Source: Cereibacter sphaeroides 2.4.1 (GTDB lineage: Bacteria > Pseudomonadota > Alphaproteobacteria > Rhodobacterales > Rhodobacteraceae). From it: a stretch of 32,000 nucleotides of DNA. The stretch lies in NCBI RefSeq assembly GCF_000012905.2, contig NC_007493.2, positions 1,950,001-1,982,000 on the forward strand, read 5' to 3'. The notes beneath the pieces are model-generated. The model was not told the DNA's origin. It searched no databases and saw only the letters and a program-made list of their open reading frames with translations. Positions within the stretch are counted from its first letter, which is position 1; every line of letters begins with the position of its first letter. This document shows, piece after piece, positions 1-8,870 of this stretch. A program made the translations under genes and the position numbers.

Positions 1-33
1 TGCAGATAATCCTCAAAGTTCTCGATGAAAAGG

Positions 34-456
34 CTAGTGAAACGGCGGCAGGGGCGGCTCTGTCAGGGAAAGAAGTGTCTCGGCGAAGTCCGCAAGCGCC
101 TCATCGGAAAGCCGGTCAGTGTCGGTGGCGACCAGATCGAGGACCGGGCTCGCGCCCTGCCCCGCCCCGGACTGCCAGCTGAGGCGCGCGCTCACCGCGG
201 TGGAGGTCGACTTCTGCAGCTCCAGTCGGAGCAGCCCGCCCTCTCGCGCCCCGACGCTGCTTTGCAGCGCCACCCCGTATCGGCTCAGGACCACTGTCTG
301 AAGCGCGGCGCAGAGCCGCTCTGCCGAGGGCTCGGCCGCAGCGGGGCCAATGCAGGCGAGACACGCGGAATCGGCATTGGTGACAGCGGGAATCGCCGTC
401 AGGCAGAGGGAGGCTGCAAACAATCTCAAATTGAGCGACAAGGGCCGACTCCACAT
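34..456 (-). CDS. hypothetical exported protein, 140 aa
   Basis: ATG at 456-454 with GGAAG just upstream. The hydrophobic N-terminus RLFAASLCLTAIPAVTNA resembles a Sec signal peptide. Wobble positions hand-sampled across 121-180 are 19/20 G or C, as in the confidently called genes here. It is on the same strand as motB and directly downstream of it. No family recognised. Confidence 0.6.
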   Translation of the reverse strand: MWSRPLSLNLRLFAASLCLTAIPAVTNADSACLACIGPAAAEPSAERLCAALQTVVLSRYGVALQSSVGAREGGLLRLELQKSTSTAVSARLSWQSGAGQGASPVLDLVATDTDRLSDEALADFAETLLSLTEPPLPPFH

Positions 457-578
457 CTTCCGGCTGTACCGTTAGCTCTTGAGGCGGCGGCGCAGCAAGC
501 GTCTTGTTCCGCAAAAGCGAACGACCGGCTGCGGCGGATCGCCGTGGAGCGGTCTTCGCAATGCGGGCGCGGACAAGG

Positions 579-1679
579 TCAGTCCTTGTAGGAAATCTCG
601 ATCTCGATCCGGCGGTTCTGCGCCCGGCCTTCCTCGGTTGCATTGTCCGCCACCGGGTCGAACTCGCCGCGGCTCACCGCGGTGATGCGTCCGGGATCGA
701 CGCTGCCCGAGGCGACAAGCTCGCGCACCACGCTCGCGGCGCGACCGGCGGCGAGCGCGATATTGTCCCGGAAGGCGCCGCCCGACACGGGGACATTGTC
801 GGTATGGCCCGTCACGGTGATGGTGCGTTCGGGGTTGCGCGTGGCCTCGGCGATCCGGGCCATGACCGCGCGCGCATCGGGCGTGAGGTCGTCGGAGCCG
901 GAGGGGAAGGATCCGCCCGCGCCGAGGCTCACGAACACCTTGCCGTCGGTCTGCTCCACCTTCACCAGCCCCTCCGCCACTTCGCGGTCGAGCGCATTGC
1001 GCAGCCGGAGCGCATCGAGTTCGGCCCGCACCGACTGGCGCAGCGCAGCGCCCGTGTCGCCGCCCGCGGGCGGCCCGGGCGGCGCCCCCGTGCCCTCTCC
1101 GGGGCCCGCAGGCCCGGCCTTCGGCTCGGGCCGCGGCTGGGCCGTGGTCTGCGGCTCGGGGAGCGGACCAAGCCCCGCGGTCTCTGCCAGAGCCCGCGCG
1201 AGGCTCTGCGCCTGCTGCCGCCCGTCCTCGCCCGACAGCTCGATCACGACCTCGCCCTCGTCCGAGCGCACCTGCAGCTTGCCGTCCTCGAGCGCCTTCT
1301 TCAGCGCCTCGGCCACCCGCTCCGCCGCGTCGCCGCCGTCCTCCGACCCGCCCGTGTCCGACTTCTCGTCCGGCTGGGCCCCGTCGGGATCGGCGGTGGG
1401 CAGGCCGAAGTCGATCATCGTGTTGCCCGAGGTCGCATCCCGGATCGAATGGAAGCCGAAGGTCTCCCGCATCGCCCCCGCCATCTTGCTGAACGAGGGC
1501 TCGTCGAACTTCGCGAAGCCCAGGATCAGCACGAAGAAGGCCATGAGGTTGGTCGCGATGTCGGCAAAGGTCGCAAGCCATGCCGGCGCGCCGGGGGGCG
1601 GACATTTCGGGCAGTCCTCGCCCTCGTCGTCGTCGGGGACGGGCGGCTGGAACCGGATGACCTTGGGCTTTGCGGACAT
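579..1679 (-). CDS. motB: flagellar motor stator protein MotB (OmpA-like C-terminal domain)
   Basis: 366 aa. Single N-terminal TM segment with the conserved Asp (WLATFADIATNLMAFFVLIL), followed by a long Pro/Ala/Gly/Glu-rich linker. C-terminal OmpA-type peptidoglycan-binding domain (TGHTDNVP ... LAAGRAASVVREL ... NRRIEIEI). The ATG lies 9 nt after the motA stop. Confidence 0.9.
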   Translation of the reverse strand: MSAKPKVIRFQPPVPDDDEGEDCPKCPPPGAPAWLATFADIATNLMAFFVLILGFAKFDEPSFSKMAGAMRETFGFHSIRDATSGNTMIDFGLPTADPDGAQPDEKSDTGGSEDGGDAAERVAEALKKALEDGKLQVRSDEGEVVIELSGEDGRQQAQSLARALAETAGLGPLPEPQTTAQPRPEPKAGPAGPGEGTGAPPGPPAGGDTGAALRQSVRAELDALRLRNALDREVAEGLVKVEQTDGKVFVSLGAGGSFPSGSDDLTPDARAVMARIAEATRNPERTITVTGHTDNVPVSGGAFRDNIALAAGRAASVVRELVASGSVDPGRITAVSRGEFDPVADNATEEGRAQNRRIEIEISYKD

Positions 1680-1688
1680 GGCCTGGCC

Positions 1689-2450
1689 TCACGCCGCCTT
1701 GCGCTTCATCTGCTGCTTCCGGTCGAGGGCGCAGACCATCTGATCCTCGATCATCCGCGCCGACTCGCCACGCGCGATGCCGCGAAGCCCCTCGATCACC
1801 AGCTCCCGGTAGGTCACCTCGTCGTTCGAATAGCCTTCGAGCTTGTTCAGGATCGGAGCGAAGATCACGTTCGCAATGAGAGCGCCGTAGAGCGTCGTGA
1901 GCAGCGCAACCGCCATGGCAGGCCCGATCGACTTGGGGTCGCTCATGTTGCCCAGCATCAGGACGAGGCCGATCAACGTGCCCACCATCCCCATGGCGGG
2001 CCCGATGTCGATCCAGGCCTTCACTGCACCCTGATAGGCCTCGTGCCGCGCCTTCATCGCCTTGATCTCGTACTTGAGCTGCTTGACGAGCTTCGCTTCG
2101 TCCGTCCCGTCTACGAGCAGCTGCAGCCCCTTCTCGAAGAATGGGTCCGGCACGGCCCTTCCTTCGAGCGCCATGATCCCATCCTTCCGCGCGAGGTTCG
2201 ACAGCTCGACCATGGTCGAGATCACCTCGTTCATATCGAAGCGCGACGGCTTGAAGACCTTCATCATCGCCTTGAAATGGCCCAGAAACACCGGCAGCGG
2301 TTTCATGGCGAGGACAATGAAGGCCGTGCCCGCGACGACAATCACCAGGGAGGGAATGTCCACGAAGGGCGCCACGCCGCCCGCGTAGATCATCGACCCC
2401 ACCACCATGACGATGGCGCCGATCAGGCCAATTGCCGCTGCGATATCCAT
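1689..2450 (-). CDS. motA: flagellar motor stator protein MotA (MotA/TolQ/ExbB proton channel family)
   Basis: 253 aa from the ATG at 2450-2448. The track ORF 1689..2987 adds an Arg-rich 179-aa 5' extension that I reject. Typical channel helices are present (GPAMGMVGTLIGLVLMLGNM, ALLTTLYGALIANVIFAPI). SD GGAGGGA lies 6 nt upstream. Confidence 0.9.
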   Translation of the reverse strand: MDIAAAIGLIGAIVMVVGSMIYAGGVAPFVDIPSLVIVVAGTAFIVLAMKPLPVFLGHFKAMMKVFKPSRFDMNEVISTMVELSNLARKDGIMALEGRAVPDPFFEKGLQLLVDGTDEAKLVKQLKYEIKAMKARHEAYQGAVKAWIDIGPAMGMVGTLIGLVLMLGNMSDPKSIGPAMAVALLTTLYGALIANVIFAPILNKLEGYSNDEVTYRELVIEGLRGIARGESARMIEDQMVCALDRKQQMKRKAA

Positions 2451-2486
2451 TCCGGTCCCTCCGGAGCCATCATCCAGGTCCGGAGC

Positions 2487-2502
2487 GGCAAGATCCGTGC
2501 CA
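2487..2502 (-). promoter_or_regulatory. candidate sigma-54 (-24/-12) promoter of motAB
   Basis: The minus strand reads TGGCACGGATCTTGCC, i.e. TGGCAC-N5-TTGC with consensus GG/GC spacing. It ends 37 nt upstream of the motA ATG, leaving room for a short leader carrying the SD. Confidence 0.55.
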
Positions 2503-2961
2503 CGGAGGCCTCGGGATCCAGTAAAAGTGAGGACAGTCGGCGCGAGGGGAAGATGCAAAGCGGATCGAGAGGCGCGGTATCCTCCGGATCTTCTGGCTAA
2601 GTCGCGTCCGCTTCGGCCCGCCGCCCGCCCGTCGCGGCGGCTCTCGGGCGTCCTGCGCGGGGCATGCCTGCCCACGGGTTCTGCCTTGAAGAAACCGATC
2701 CTTGCCAAGCCACTCGGCAGGATCTTCCACCGGCCCTCTGTCGTCCGAACCGCGAACCATCGACGACGGACGGAACGAGATGGGGCGCTTCTGGGCGGCC
2801 GCACGTCGCGGAGCGCGGGAGCGCACGGGCGCGGCCTCGCGCGGATCGGCCGGAAAGACGTGGCGGCCGCAGCAACGCAAGTCTGTCCCCGAGCGCCGCC
2901 CACCTCTTGCGGCGATGACCGCTCTTGTGCGCCGCATCTGCCAAGGCAGGCGCGGGATCCC

Positions 2962-4083
2962 TCAGTGGGCGTGGCGGCGGGCCTCACTTCGATCCGACCT
3001 GCTGTCGATCCTGCGGCTCAGTTCCGAGAGGCGGAGCACCATGCGGTTGATCTCCTCCACCCCGATGGACTGCTCGCGGCAGGCGGCCGAGATCTCGGCC
3101 ACCAGCGTGGAGGTGCGGCGGATGTCGGGCACCAGCTCCTCAAGGCCGGAGCGTGCTTCCTCCGATGTCGCCAGCGTCGTATGCGCGAGCTGGTCGATCT
3201 CGTGCGAGGCCGCGGCCGCGTGCTCGGCGAGCTTGCGCACCTCGGCCGCCACCACCGAGAATCCGGCGCCGTGCTGCCCCGCCCGCGCCGCCTCGACCGC
3301 GGCATTGAGCGCCAGAAGATCCGTCTGCCGCGCAATTTCGCGCAGCACGTTGATCTTGTCCGCGATGAGCCGCATCGCATCTGCCGACCGCTCGACGGCG
3401 GCCCCGCCTGTCTCGGCCGCCCGTGCGTTCTGGGCGGCGAGCTGTTCCGTCTCGCTCGCATTGCCGGCGGTGTGGCGGATGGTGCCCGTCACCTCCTCCA
3501 TCGCGGAGGAGGCGCCCACCAGCGCCCTCGCGATCTCTTCGGCCACTTCCCGATCGCCCTTCACCAATTCCTCGCGTTCGGACTGGACGGCATCGAAATA
3601 GGTCGAGACGCCGTAATCCATATCGAGGAGCGCGACCTTCACGATATAGCCCAGCGCATGGGCGGCCCGTGTCGCGCGCCGGCGGCCGAAGAAGCCGCGG
3701 CCCGCCATCCGCGGCAGCATGGTCTGGACGATTTCCTCGAGAATGAGGGCATAGCCGCCGAGATACCAGCGCGGTTCGAGGCCGATGCGCGCATGGGTGC
3801 GCCCGACCCGCACCGCCTCCTCGACATAGGCGGCGTCGATTTCGCCCGAGGCGAGACGGGCCCAGTGCCGCGCCTGCCGGGACTTGGCAGAGTCCATATG
3901 GGTCGCGTCGGCGAAGAACCCGGCCGCCGACGTCTGTCGCATCCGTTCGTGGAAGCGGTCGAGGGCGCGGCCGACCGCCTCGTTCAACAGAGCGCGGGTC
4001 GCATCGTCCAGAGCATCGTCCCGGCCGATTCCGAGAAACCTCAGCCGCTCGTCCAGTAAGTCCGTCGTTTGCATGTCGGGCAC
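2962..4083 (-). CDS. soluble globin-coupled (HemAT-type) methyl-accepting chemotaxis protein
   Basis: 373 aa from GTG 4083, or 370 aa from ATG 4074. The N-terminal roughly 170 aa form a sensor-globin/protoglobin fold with the proximal-His motif [19 protein letters not shown]. The C-terminus carries the MCP signalling hairpin [40 protein letters not shown]. No TM segments. Confidence 0.85.
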   Translation of the reverse strand: MPDMQTTDLLDERLRFLGIGRDDALDDATRALLNEAVGRALDRFHERMRQTSAAGFFADATHMDSAKSRQARHWARLASGEIDAAYVEEAVRVGRTHARIGLEPRWYLGGYALILEEIVQTMLPRMAGRGFFGRRRATRAAHALGYIVKVALLDMDYGVSTYFDAVQSEREELVKGDREVAEEIARALVGASSAMEEVTGTIRHTAGNASETEQLAAQNARAAETGGAAVERSADAMRLIADKINVLREIARQTDLLALNAAVEAARAGQHGAGFSVVAAEVRKLAEHAAAASHEIDQLAHTTLATSEEARSGLEELVPDIRRTSTLVAEISAACREQSIGVEEINRMVLRLSELSRRIDSRSDRSEARRHAH

Positions 4084-4474
4084 CGTTCGGATTGCACGGC
4101 CCGAGCATGAACCGGGGATCGCTGACGAAGTCTGAACGCGCTTTCAAATTCGAAGAGGTTGGTGAATGAAGGGTCAAGCGTCCCTGACGCCCGCGGCTCA
4201 GACGCCCGGAAACGGCCCCGCCCCCGTGGCGCCAGTCAGGTCTGACCGCGCCCCGAGCCTGTGGCCTCCCTTCTCGAGCCTCGCCGCGGGGCCGCCCACG
4301 GGGATCTGCGGTGTCGAGGTACGGACGCGATGGCCGCGCCGGATGCGCGCCTCGGGCAGCACATCGGGGCCCGGTTCCCAGCAGACGGCGCGCGCGCAAG
4401 TGCCGTGGAGAGACGCGGGCAAGCTGCCCCTCCGGAGCCGCATTGCCCGAGGATCAGCGCCCACCCCGCAGTGA

Positions 4475-4909
4475 TCAGCCGCCGTAGACCGTCACCTGCG
4501 GCAGGTCGGTCAGGCCGAGGCCCAGGGCCCGGTAGGCGGCGAGCGAAAGCTGGGCCGCACCCTCCCCCGGTCGGAGCGTCACCGCGAGAGACCGGCCGCC
4601 CGGCAGCTCGACCCGGCCCGGCCGCTCGGCCGTCACCAGCGACGAACGGAGCCAGAAGCCGCTCTCGGCCGGAGCGCCGAGGGCCACCGTCACGGTTCCG
4701 AGCGCGGCGCCTCCCGCCTGCGGCGCCATCGCCTCGCGCCGTTCCGCCTCGGTCGTCCGGTCGAAGCTCTCGGCTGCCACCCCCTGCCCGCCGGGGATCG
4801 GGCGGGCGGCAGGCGCCGGCGGCGGAGCCATGGGGGCCGCGGTCTGCCGAAGCGAGTCGCAGGCGGTCAGCATCAGGAGAGCGAGGGCGGCAGGGGCAAG
4901 GATTTTCAT
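4475..4909 (-). CDS. hypothetical lipoprotein, 144 aa
   Basis: MKILAPAALALLMLTAC is a signal peptide plus lipobox (LTAC). ATG start. No recognisable domain. Confidence 0.7.
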   Translation of the reverse strand: MKILAPAALALLMLTACDSLRQTAAPMAPPPAPAARPIPGGQGVAAESFDRTTEAERREAMAPQAGGAALGTVTVALGAPAESGFWLRSSLVTAERPGRVELPGGRSLAVTLRPGEGAAQLSLAAYRALGLGLTDLPQVTVYGG

Positions 4910-4995
4910 GCCTACGACGATAGTCTGGGGCCGACCTGCGTCAACCGGCCCATGCGGCGCTTGTGGGCGGAGTGTCGCAGCCCTACCTTCTCACC

Positions 4996-6030
4996 ATGAC
5001 TCCGATGCTCCCCTCTCCGGCCGCTCCGTCCCCGCTGCTGATGGATCCGTTCGCCCGCGCGATTTCCTATCTGCGCGTGTCGGTCACCGACCGCTGCGAC
5101 TTCCGCTGCACCTACTGCATGGCGGAACACATGACCTTCCTGCCCAGGGCCGAACTTCTCACTCTGGAAGAGCTCGACCGGCTCTGCTCGGCCTTCGTGC
5201 GGATGGGGGTGCAGAAGCTGCGCGTGACGGGGGGAGAGCCGCTGGTGCGGCGCGGGATCATGACCTTCTTCCGCGCCATGTCGCGCCATCTCGGGACGGG
5301 CGCGCTGAAGGAGCTGACGCTCACCACCAACGGCTCGCAGCTTGCCCGCCATGCCGACGAGGTGGCCGCCTGCGGCGTGCGCCGGGTGAATGTCTCGCTC
5401 GACACGCTCGACGCCGAGCGGTTCGCGAAGGTGACGCGCTGGGGCCGGCTGCCGCAGGTGCTCGACGGGCTGCGCGCGGCGCGCGCCGCGGGCCTCCGGG
5501 TCAAGATCAATACGGTGGCCCTGCGCGGCTTCAACGAGGACGAGCTTTTCCGCCTCGTCGACTGGTGCGGCGCCGAGGGCCACGACCTGACCTTCATCGA
5601 GGTCATGCCGATGGGCGAAATGGGCGAGGACACGCGCCTCGACCAATATTGGCCGCTGACCGAGCTGCGGACGCGGCTGGCGGAGCGGTTCTCGCTGATC
5701 GAGCTCAGCGAGCGGACCGGCGGCCCGGCCCGCTACGTCCGCCTTGCCGAGACCGGCCAGAAGATCGGCTTCATCACGCCGCTCACCCACAATTTCTGCG
5801 AGAGCTGCAACCGGGTGCGGCTGACCTGCACGGGCGAGCTCTTCATGTGCCTCGGACAGGAGGACCGCGCCGACCTGCGCGCACCCCTGCGGCGGACGTC
5901 CGAGGACGGCCCGCTGGAACAGGCGATCCGCGAGGCCATCGCCCGGAAGCCCAAGGGCCACGATTTCGACTATTCGCGCAAGACGGTGGCCGGGCAGATG
6001 TCGCGGCACATGAGCCACACCGGCGGCTGA
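4996..6030 (+). CDS. moaA: GTP 3',8-cyclase MoaA (molybdenum cofactor biosynthesis, radical SAM)
   Basis: Radical-SAM CxxxCxxC motif in [17 protein letters not shown]. MoaA-type C-terminal Cys cluster ([22 protein letters not shown]) and terminal GG. The start is uncertain: GTG 4963 (track), ATG 4996, ATG 5005 or ATG 5041, none with a clear SD. Confidence 0.88.
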   Translation: MTPMLPSPAAPSPLLMDPFARAISYLRVSVTDRCDFRCTYCMAEHMTFLPRAELLTLEELDRLCSAFVRMGVQKLRVTGGEPLVRRGIMTFFRAMSRHLGTGALKELTLTTNGSQLARHADEVAACGVRRVNVSLDTLDAERFAKVTRWGRLPQVLDGLRAARAAGLRVKINTVALRGFNEDELFRLVDWCGAEGHDLTFIEVMPMGEMGEDTRLDQYWPLTELRTRLAERFSLIELSERTGGPARYVRLAETGQKIGFITPLTHNFCESCNRVRLTCTGELFMCLGQEDRADLRAPLRRTSEDGPLEQAIREAIARKPKGHDFDYSRKTVAGQMSRHMSHTGG

Positions 6031-6312
6031 TCCGGGACGGACGGCCACGCCGCCGACCGCTGCGTCCTGGGATGCCCTGCTGCCCCCTGCCGTCAGGTGC
6101 AGAGACCCCCGCCCCTGCCGCGTCCCTCTCCTCCCGGCTTGAGCAGTCGCGAGGCGGGCAGCCCTTCGCGGCGGACAAGGGACGTCCCGAAAGAGCCGAT
6201 CGCAGGTTCGGCAAAGACCGGTGGCCGCTTGCGGCTCACGGAATCGTCCCTCCGCCGCGGGTCAGGGGCCCCGCTCCGCTCATCCGAGGCGCCGCCGGCG
6301 TCGCGCAGGCCG

Positions 6313-7656
6313 TCAGAGCGAGGGGCCGAGCGTGATCTCCGACCCGTCGGTGAAGCGCGACAGGCGAAAGCGCGTCAGATCGTGCCCGACGGGCCGTCCC
6401 GCCACCAGATCGGCCACCACGCGCCCCACGCCCGGGCCGATCCCGAACCCGTGGCCGCTCATGCCGGTGGCAATGGTGAGGCCCGGCACACTCGGGGCCC
6501 GGTCGATCACCGGCACCACATCGGGCATCGTGTCGATCATCCCGGCCCAGGTCGCCCGGATCTTCGGCCGTCCCACCCCCGGAAAGGCGCGCCCGAAAGC
6601 CGCCGCCGCCCGCGAGAGGGTGGCGAGGTTCGGCGCGGGGTTCAGCACCCGCATCGCCTCGAAGGGCGTCGGCGCTCCCTTCGACCAGGTGCGCGGCGTG
6701 TTCCAGCCGTCGGGATAGTCGCGCGGCGCAAGCCAGCGGTAGTGGGTGCTGAGGAAGTCCTTCTTCACCGCCTTGCGGTATTTCAGGGCATGGCGGAAGG
6801 CATCGGGGCCGATGAAGAAATCGTGCTCCGACCCGCCCGCGATCGTGTAGCCCCCGTCCTCGCGGCGGCGGAAGGCGAAGGCGTCGTCGGCCGCCGCTCC
6901 CGGCAGGATCTCGGGCAGGGGCTCGGTCTGCGCGACCGAGGACAGCACCGAGAGCTGCGGCAGGTTCACCCCATGCGCCCGGGCGAAGAGCGAGGACCAG
7001 GCTCCGCCCGCCAGCACCACCTCGGGCGCGCGGATGCGTCCCCGCTCGGTCGTGACCCCGGCCACGCGTCCGCCCTCCAGATCCAGCGCCCGCACCGCGC
7101 AGTCCTCGAGGATCGTGACCCCGCGCTCGGCCGCCCCGGCCGCCAGCGCCGGCACCGCAAGCCAAGGCTCCGCCCGCGCATCGGAGGCGGTGAAGAGCCC
7201 GCCTTGCCAGAGATCCGCCGCCCCCGGCAGCCGCTCGGCCAGCTCGCGGCGCCCGAGAAGACGCGTGTCCAGCCCCTGCGCCGCGGCATGGATCATCCAA
7301 CCCTCGTACTGGCTCAGCTGCTCCTCGCGATTGGCCAGATAAAGCACCCCGGTCTGGCGGAAGCCGAACGGATTGCCCAGGCTCTGCGCCAGCCCCTGCC
7401 AGAGCCGCAGGCTCTCGACCATGATCGGCAACTCATCCGGGTCGCGGCCCTGCTGGCGGATCCAGCCCCAGTTGCGGCTCGACTGCTCGCCCGCCACGCG
7501 GCCCTTCTCGCAGACCGTGACCCGGAACCCGCGCTCGGCCAGATACCAGCCGGTCATCACGCCGATCACGCCCGCGCCGATCACCACCACATCGCAGCTC
7601 TCGGGCAGCGGCCCGGTGAAGCGCGCGGGCACCGCCATCGAGATCGGAAAATGCAT
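6313..7656 (-). CDS. FAD-dependent oxidoreductase (DAO family; substrate unknown)
   Basis: N-terminal Rossmann dinucleotide motif DVVVIGAGVIGVMTGWYLAERG followed by EQSSRNWGWIRQQGRD, typical of D-amino-acid/opine/sarcosine-oxidase-like flavoproteins. ATG at 7656-7654 shares one base with the upstream TGA (7658-7656). The track uses the adjacent GTG at 7659. Confidence 0.85.
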   Translation of the reverse strand: MHFPISMAVPARFTGPLPESCDVVVIGAGVIGVMTGWYLAERGFRVTVCEKGRVAGEQSSRNWGWIRQQGRDPDELPIMVESLRLWQGLAQSLGNPFGFRQTGVLYLANREEQLSQYEGWMIHAAAQGLDTRLLGRRELAERLPGAADLWQGGLFTASDARAEPWLAVPALAAGAAERGVTILEDCAVRALDLEGGRVAGVTTERGRIRAPEVVLAGGAWSSLFARAHGVNLPQLSVLSSVAQTEPLPEILPGAAADDAFAFRRREDGGYTIAGGSEHDFFIGPDAFRHALKYRKAVKKDFLSTHYRWLAPRDYPDGWNTPRTWSKGAPTPFEAMRVLNPAPNLATLSRAAAAFGRAFPGVGRPKIRATWAGMIDTMPDVVPVIDRAPSVPGLTIATGMSGHGFGIGPGVGRVVADLVAGRPVGHDLTRFRLSRFTDGSEITLGPSL

Positions 7657-8819
7657 CACCGCGCGAGATCCGCGACCAGCCGCTGCAGGAAAGCCCAGCC
7701 TTCCTCGAACTGCGCCACCTCGAGATATTCGTCAGGCTGGTGCGCCTGGGCGATGTCGCCCGGCCCGCAGACCACCGCCGAATAGCCTGCCGCCTGGAAC
7801 TGGCCCGCCTCGGTGCCGTAGCTCACGACATGGGTGCCGTTGTCGCCCGACAGCCGCCGCGCCAGCGCCTCGGCCGCCCCCTCGGTTTCCGGACGCAGCG
7901 GCGGATAGCCGAAGAGCCGCGCGATCCGGATCGCGGCCTCGGGATGGATGGCCTTCATCTCGGCCTCGAGCGCCTGCGCCTCGGCCTCGAAAGCCGCCGC
8001 CCACTCCTCGACCGTCTCGCCCGGCACCGCGCGGAATCCCATGTCGAAGCGGCAGTCGCGGGCGGTGATGTTGCCGGCCGTGCCGCCGCGGATGGTGCCG
8101 ACATGGACAGTGGTCCAGGGCGGATCGAAGAGCGCCGCCACCTCCGACGGCCGGGCGGCCGCGCTCTGCGCATTGCGCCGGTTGGCCCAGTCGATCAGCC
8201 GCGCGGCCGACATGACGGCATTGACCCCGCGGTGCATGATCGAGGAATGGACCTCGTGGCCCTGCACATGGCAGATCAGCCCGCCCCCGCCCTTGTGGCC
8301 CGTCACCACCTGCATCCGCGAGGGCTCGCCCACGATCACCGCCCGCCCCTTCGGCAGACAGCGCGCCATCTCATCGATCATGGCGGGCGCGCCGAGGCAG
8401 CCCACCTCCTCGTCGAACGACAGCGCGATCTGCAGCGGCCGCTTCACCCCCGTCTCCTGCGCCAGCGCGAGGGCGGCCAGCGCCAGCGCATCGAACCCCT
8501 TCATGTCGCAGGTGCCGCGTCCGTAGAGACGCCCGTCGCGCTCGGTCAGCGTCCAGGGATCCGAGCTCCAGTCCTGCCCCTCCACCGGCACCACATCGGT
8601 ATGGCCGGAAAGCACGACCGCGCCCTCCACCTCGGGCCCGACATGGGCATAGAGCGCGGCCTTCGTGCGCTCCTCGTTCCAGACCCGGTGCGCGGTGATC
8701 CCTGCGCCCTCAAGAAACTCCTCGACCCAGTCCACCAGCGCCAGATTGCTGTCGCGGCTCACGGTGGGAAAGGCCACCAGCCGCTCGAGGATCTGGCGGG
8801 GCGTGAGCGGGCTGGGCAT
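7656..8819 (-). CDS. argE: acetylornithine deacetylase-like M20 metallopeptidase (ArgE/DapE family)
   Basis: 387 aa. Contains LSGHTDVVPV, GRGTCDMKGF and a dimerisation-domain layout typical of ArgE. SD AGGAGA lies 5 nt upstream of the ATG at 8819. The symbol reflects family resemblance only; the physiological substrate is not established by sequence. Confidence 0.8.
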   Translation of the reverse strand: MPSPLTPRQILERLVAFPTVSRDSNLALVDWVEEFLEGAGITAHRVWNEERTKAALYAHVGPEVEGAVVLSGHTDVVPVEGQDWSSDPWTLTERDGRLYGRGTCDMKGFDALALAALALAQETGVKRPLQIALSFDEEVGCLGAPAMIDEMARCLPKGRAVIVGEPSRMQVVTGHKGGGGLICHVQGHEVHSSIMHRGVNAVMSAARLIDWANRRNAQSAAARPSEVAALFDPPWTTVHVGTIRGGTAGNITARDCRFDMGFRAVPGETVEEWAAAFEAEAQALEAEMKAIHPEAAIRIARLFGYPPLRPETEGAAEALARRLSGDNGTHVVSYGTEAGQFQAAGYSAVVCGPGDIAQAHQPDEYLEVAQFEEGWAFLQRLVADLAR

Positions 8820-8870
8820 GGTCGTCTCCTGTTGAAGGAGGAAGCGTGGCCCCGCCCGCAGCCGAGGTCA

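Noticed and set aside
504-2600. Very long ORFs lying opposite or out of frame to recognised genes. Examples: 504..2600 (+, 698 aa), 472..1692 (-), 2407..4059 (+), 3140..4399 (-), 6097..7785 (+), 8846..10573 (+), 10417..12018 (+), 11963..14980 (+, 1005 aa), 13605..15761 (-), 19390..21540 (-), 24660..26264 (+), 27732..30233 (+), 30230..31582 (+).
   Set aside because: Their translations are dominated by Arg/Gly/Pro/Ala/His runs with no recognisable domains. Each overlaps a gene with clear family motifs on the other strand or in another frame. Stop-codon-poor antisense frames are expected in DNA with this G+C content.
1689-2987. 5' extensions of track ORFs for motA (to 2987), pntB (to 12036), the ICMT-family gene (to 14218), kynU (from 13887), ygfZ (from 21113), the 108-aa ORF (from 22561), tolC (to 26114) and pcm (to 26845).
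   Set aside because: The extensions are Arg-rich, lack homology-like sequence, and often overlap the neighbouring gene. Internal ATGs preceded by good SD sequences coincide with where the conserved protein begins.
4115-4148. Sigma-28-like element upstream of the globin-coupled MCP; the minus strand reads TGAAAG-N18-GCGATCC.
   Set aside because: It fits the TAAA-N15-GCCGATAA consensus poorly in both the hexamers and the spacing.
4084-4474. Possible small genes in the 391-bp spacer: 4166..4474 (+, 102 aa, with AAGAGG upstream) and its antisense partner 4198..4464 (-, 88 aa).
   Set aside because: By hand count, the shared wobble position is about 82 percent G+C and the other two codon positions about 74 and 69 percent. 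That periodicity is much weaker than in real genes here. Both products are Pro/Arg/Gly/Ser-rich with no motifs. This is left unresolved rather than called; Ribo-seq or conservation analysis could overturn it.
4910-4995. Moco riboswitch upstream of moaA.
   Set aside because: Only about 50-85 nt separate moaA from the divergent lipoprotein gene. That is too short for the roughly 140-nt Moco RNA motif, and no matching conserved helices are visible.
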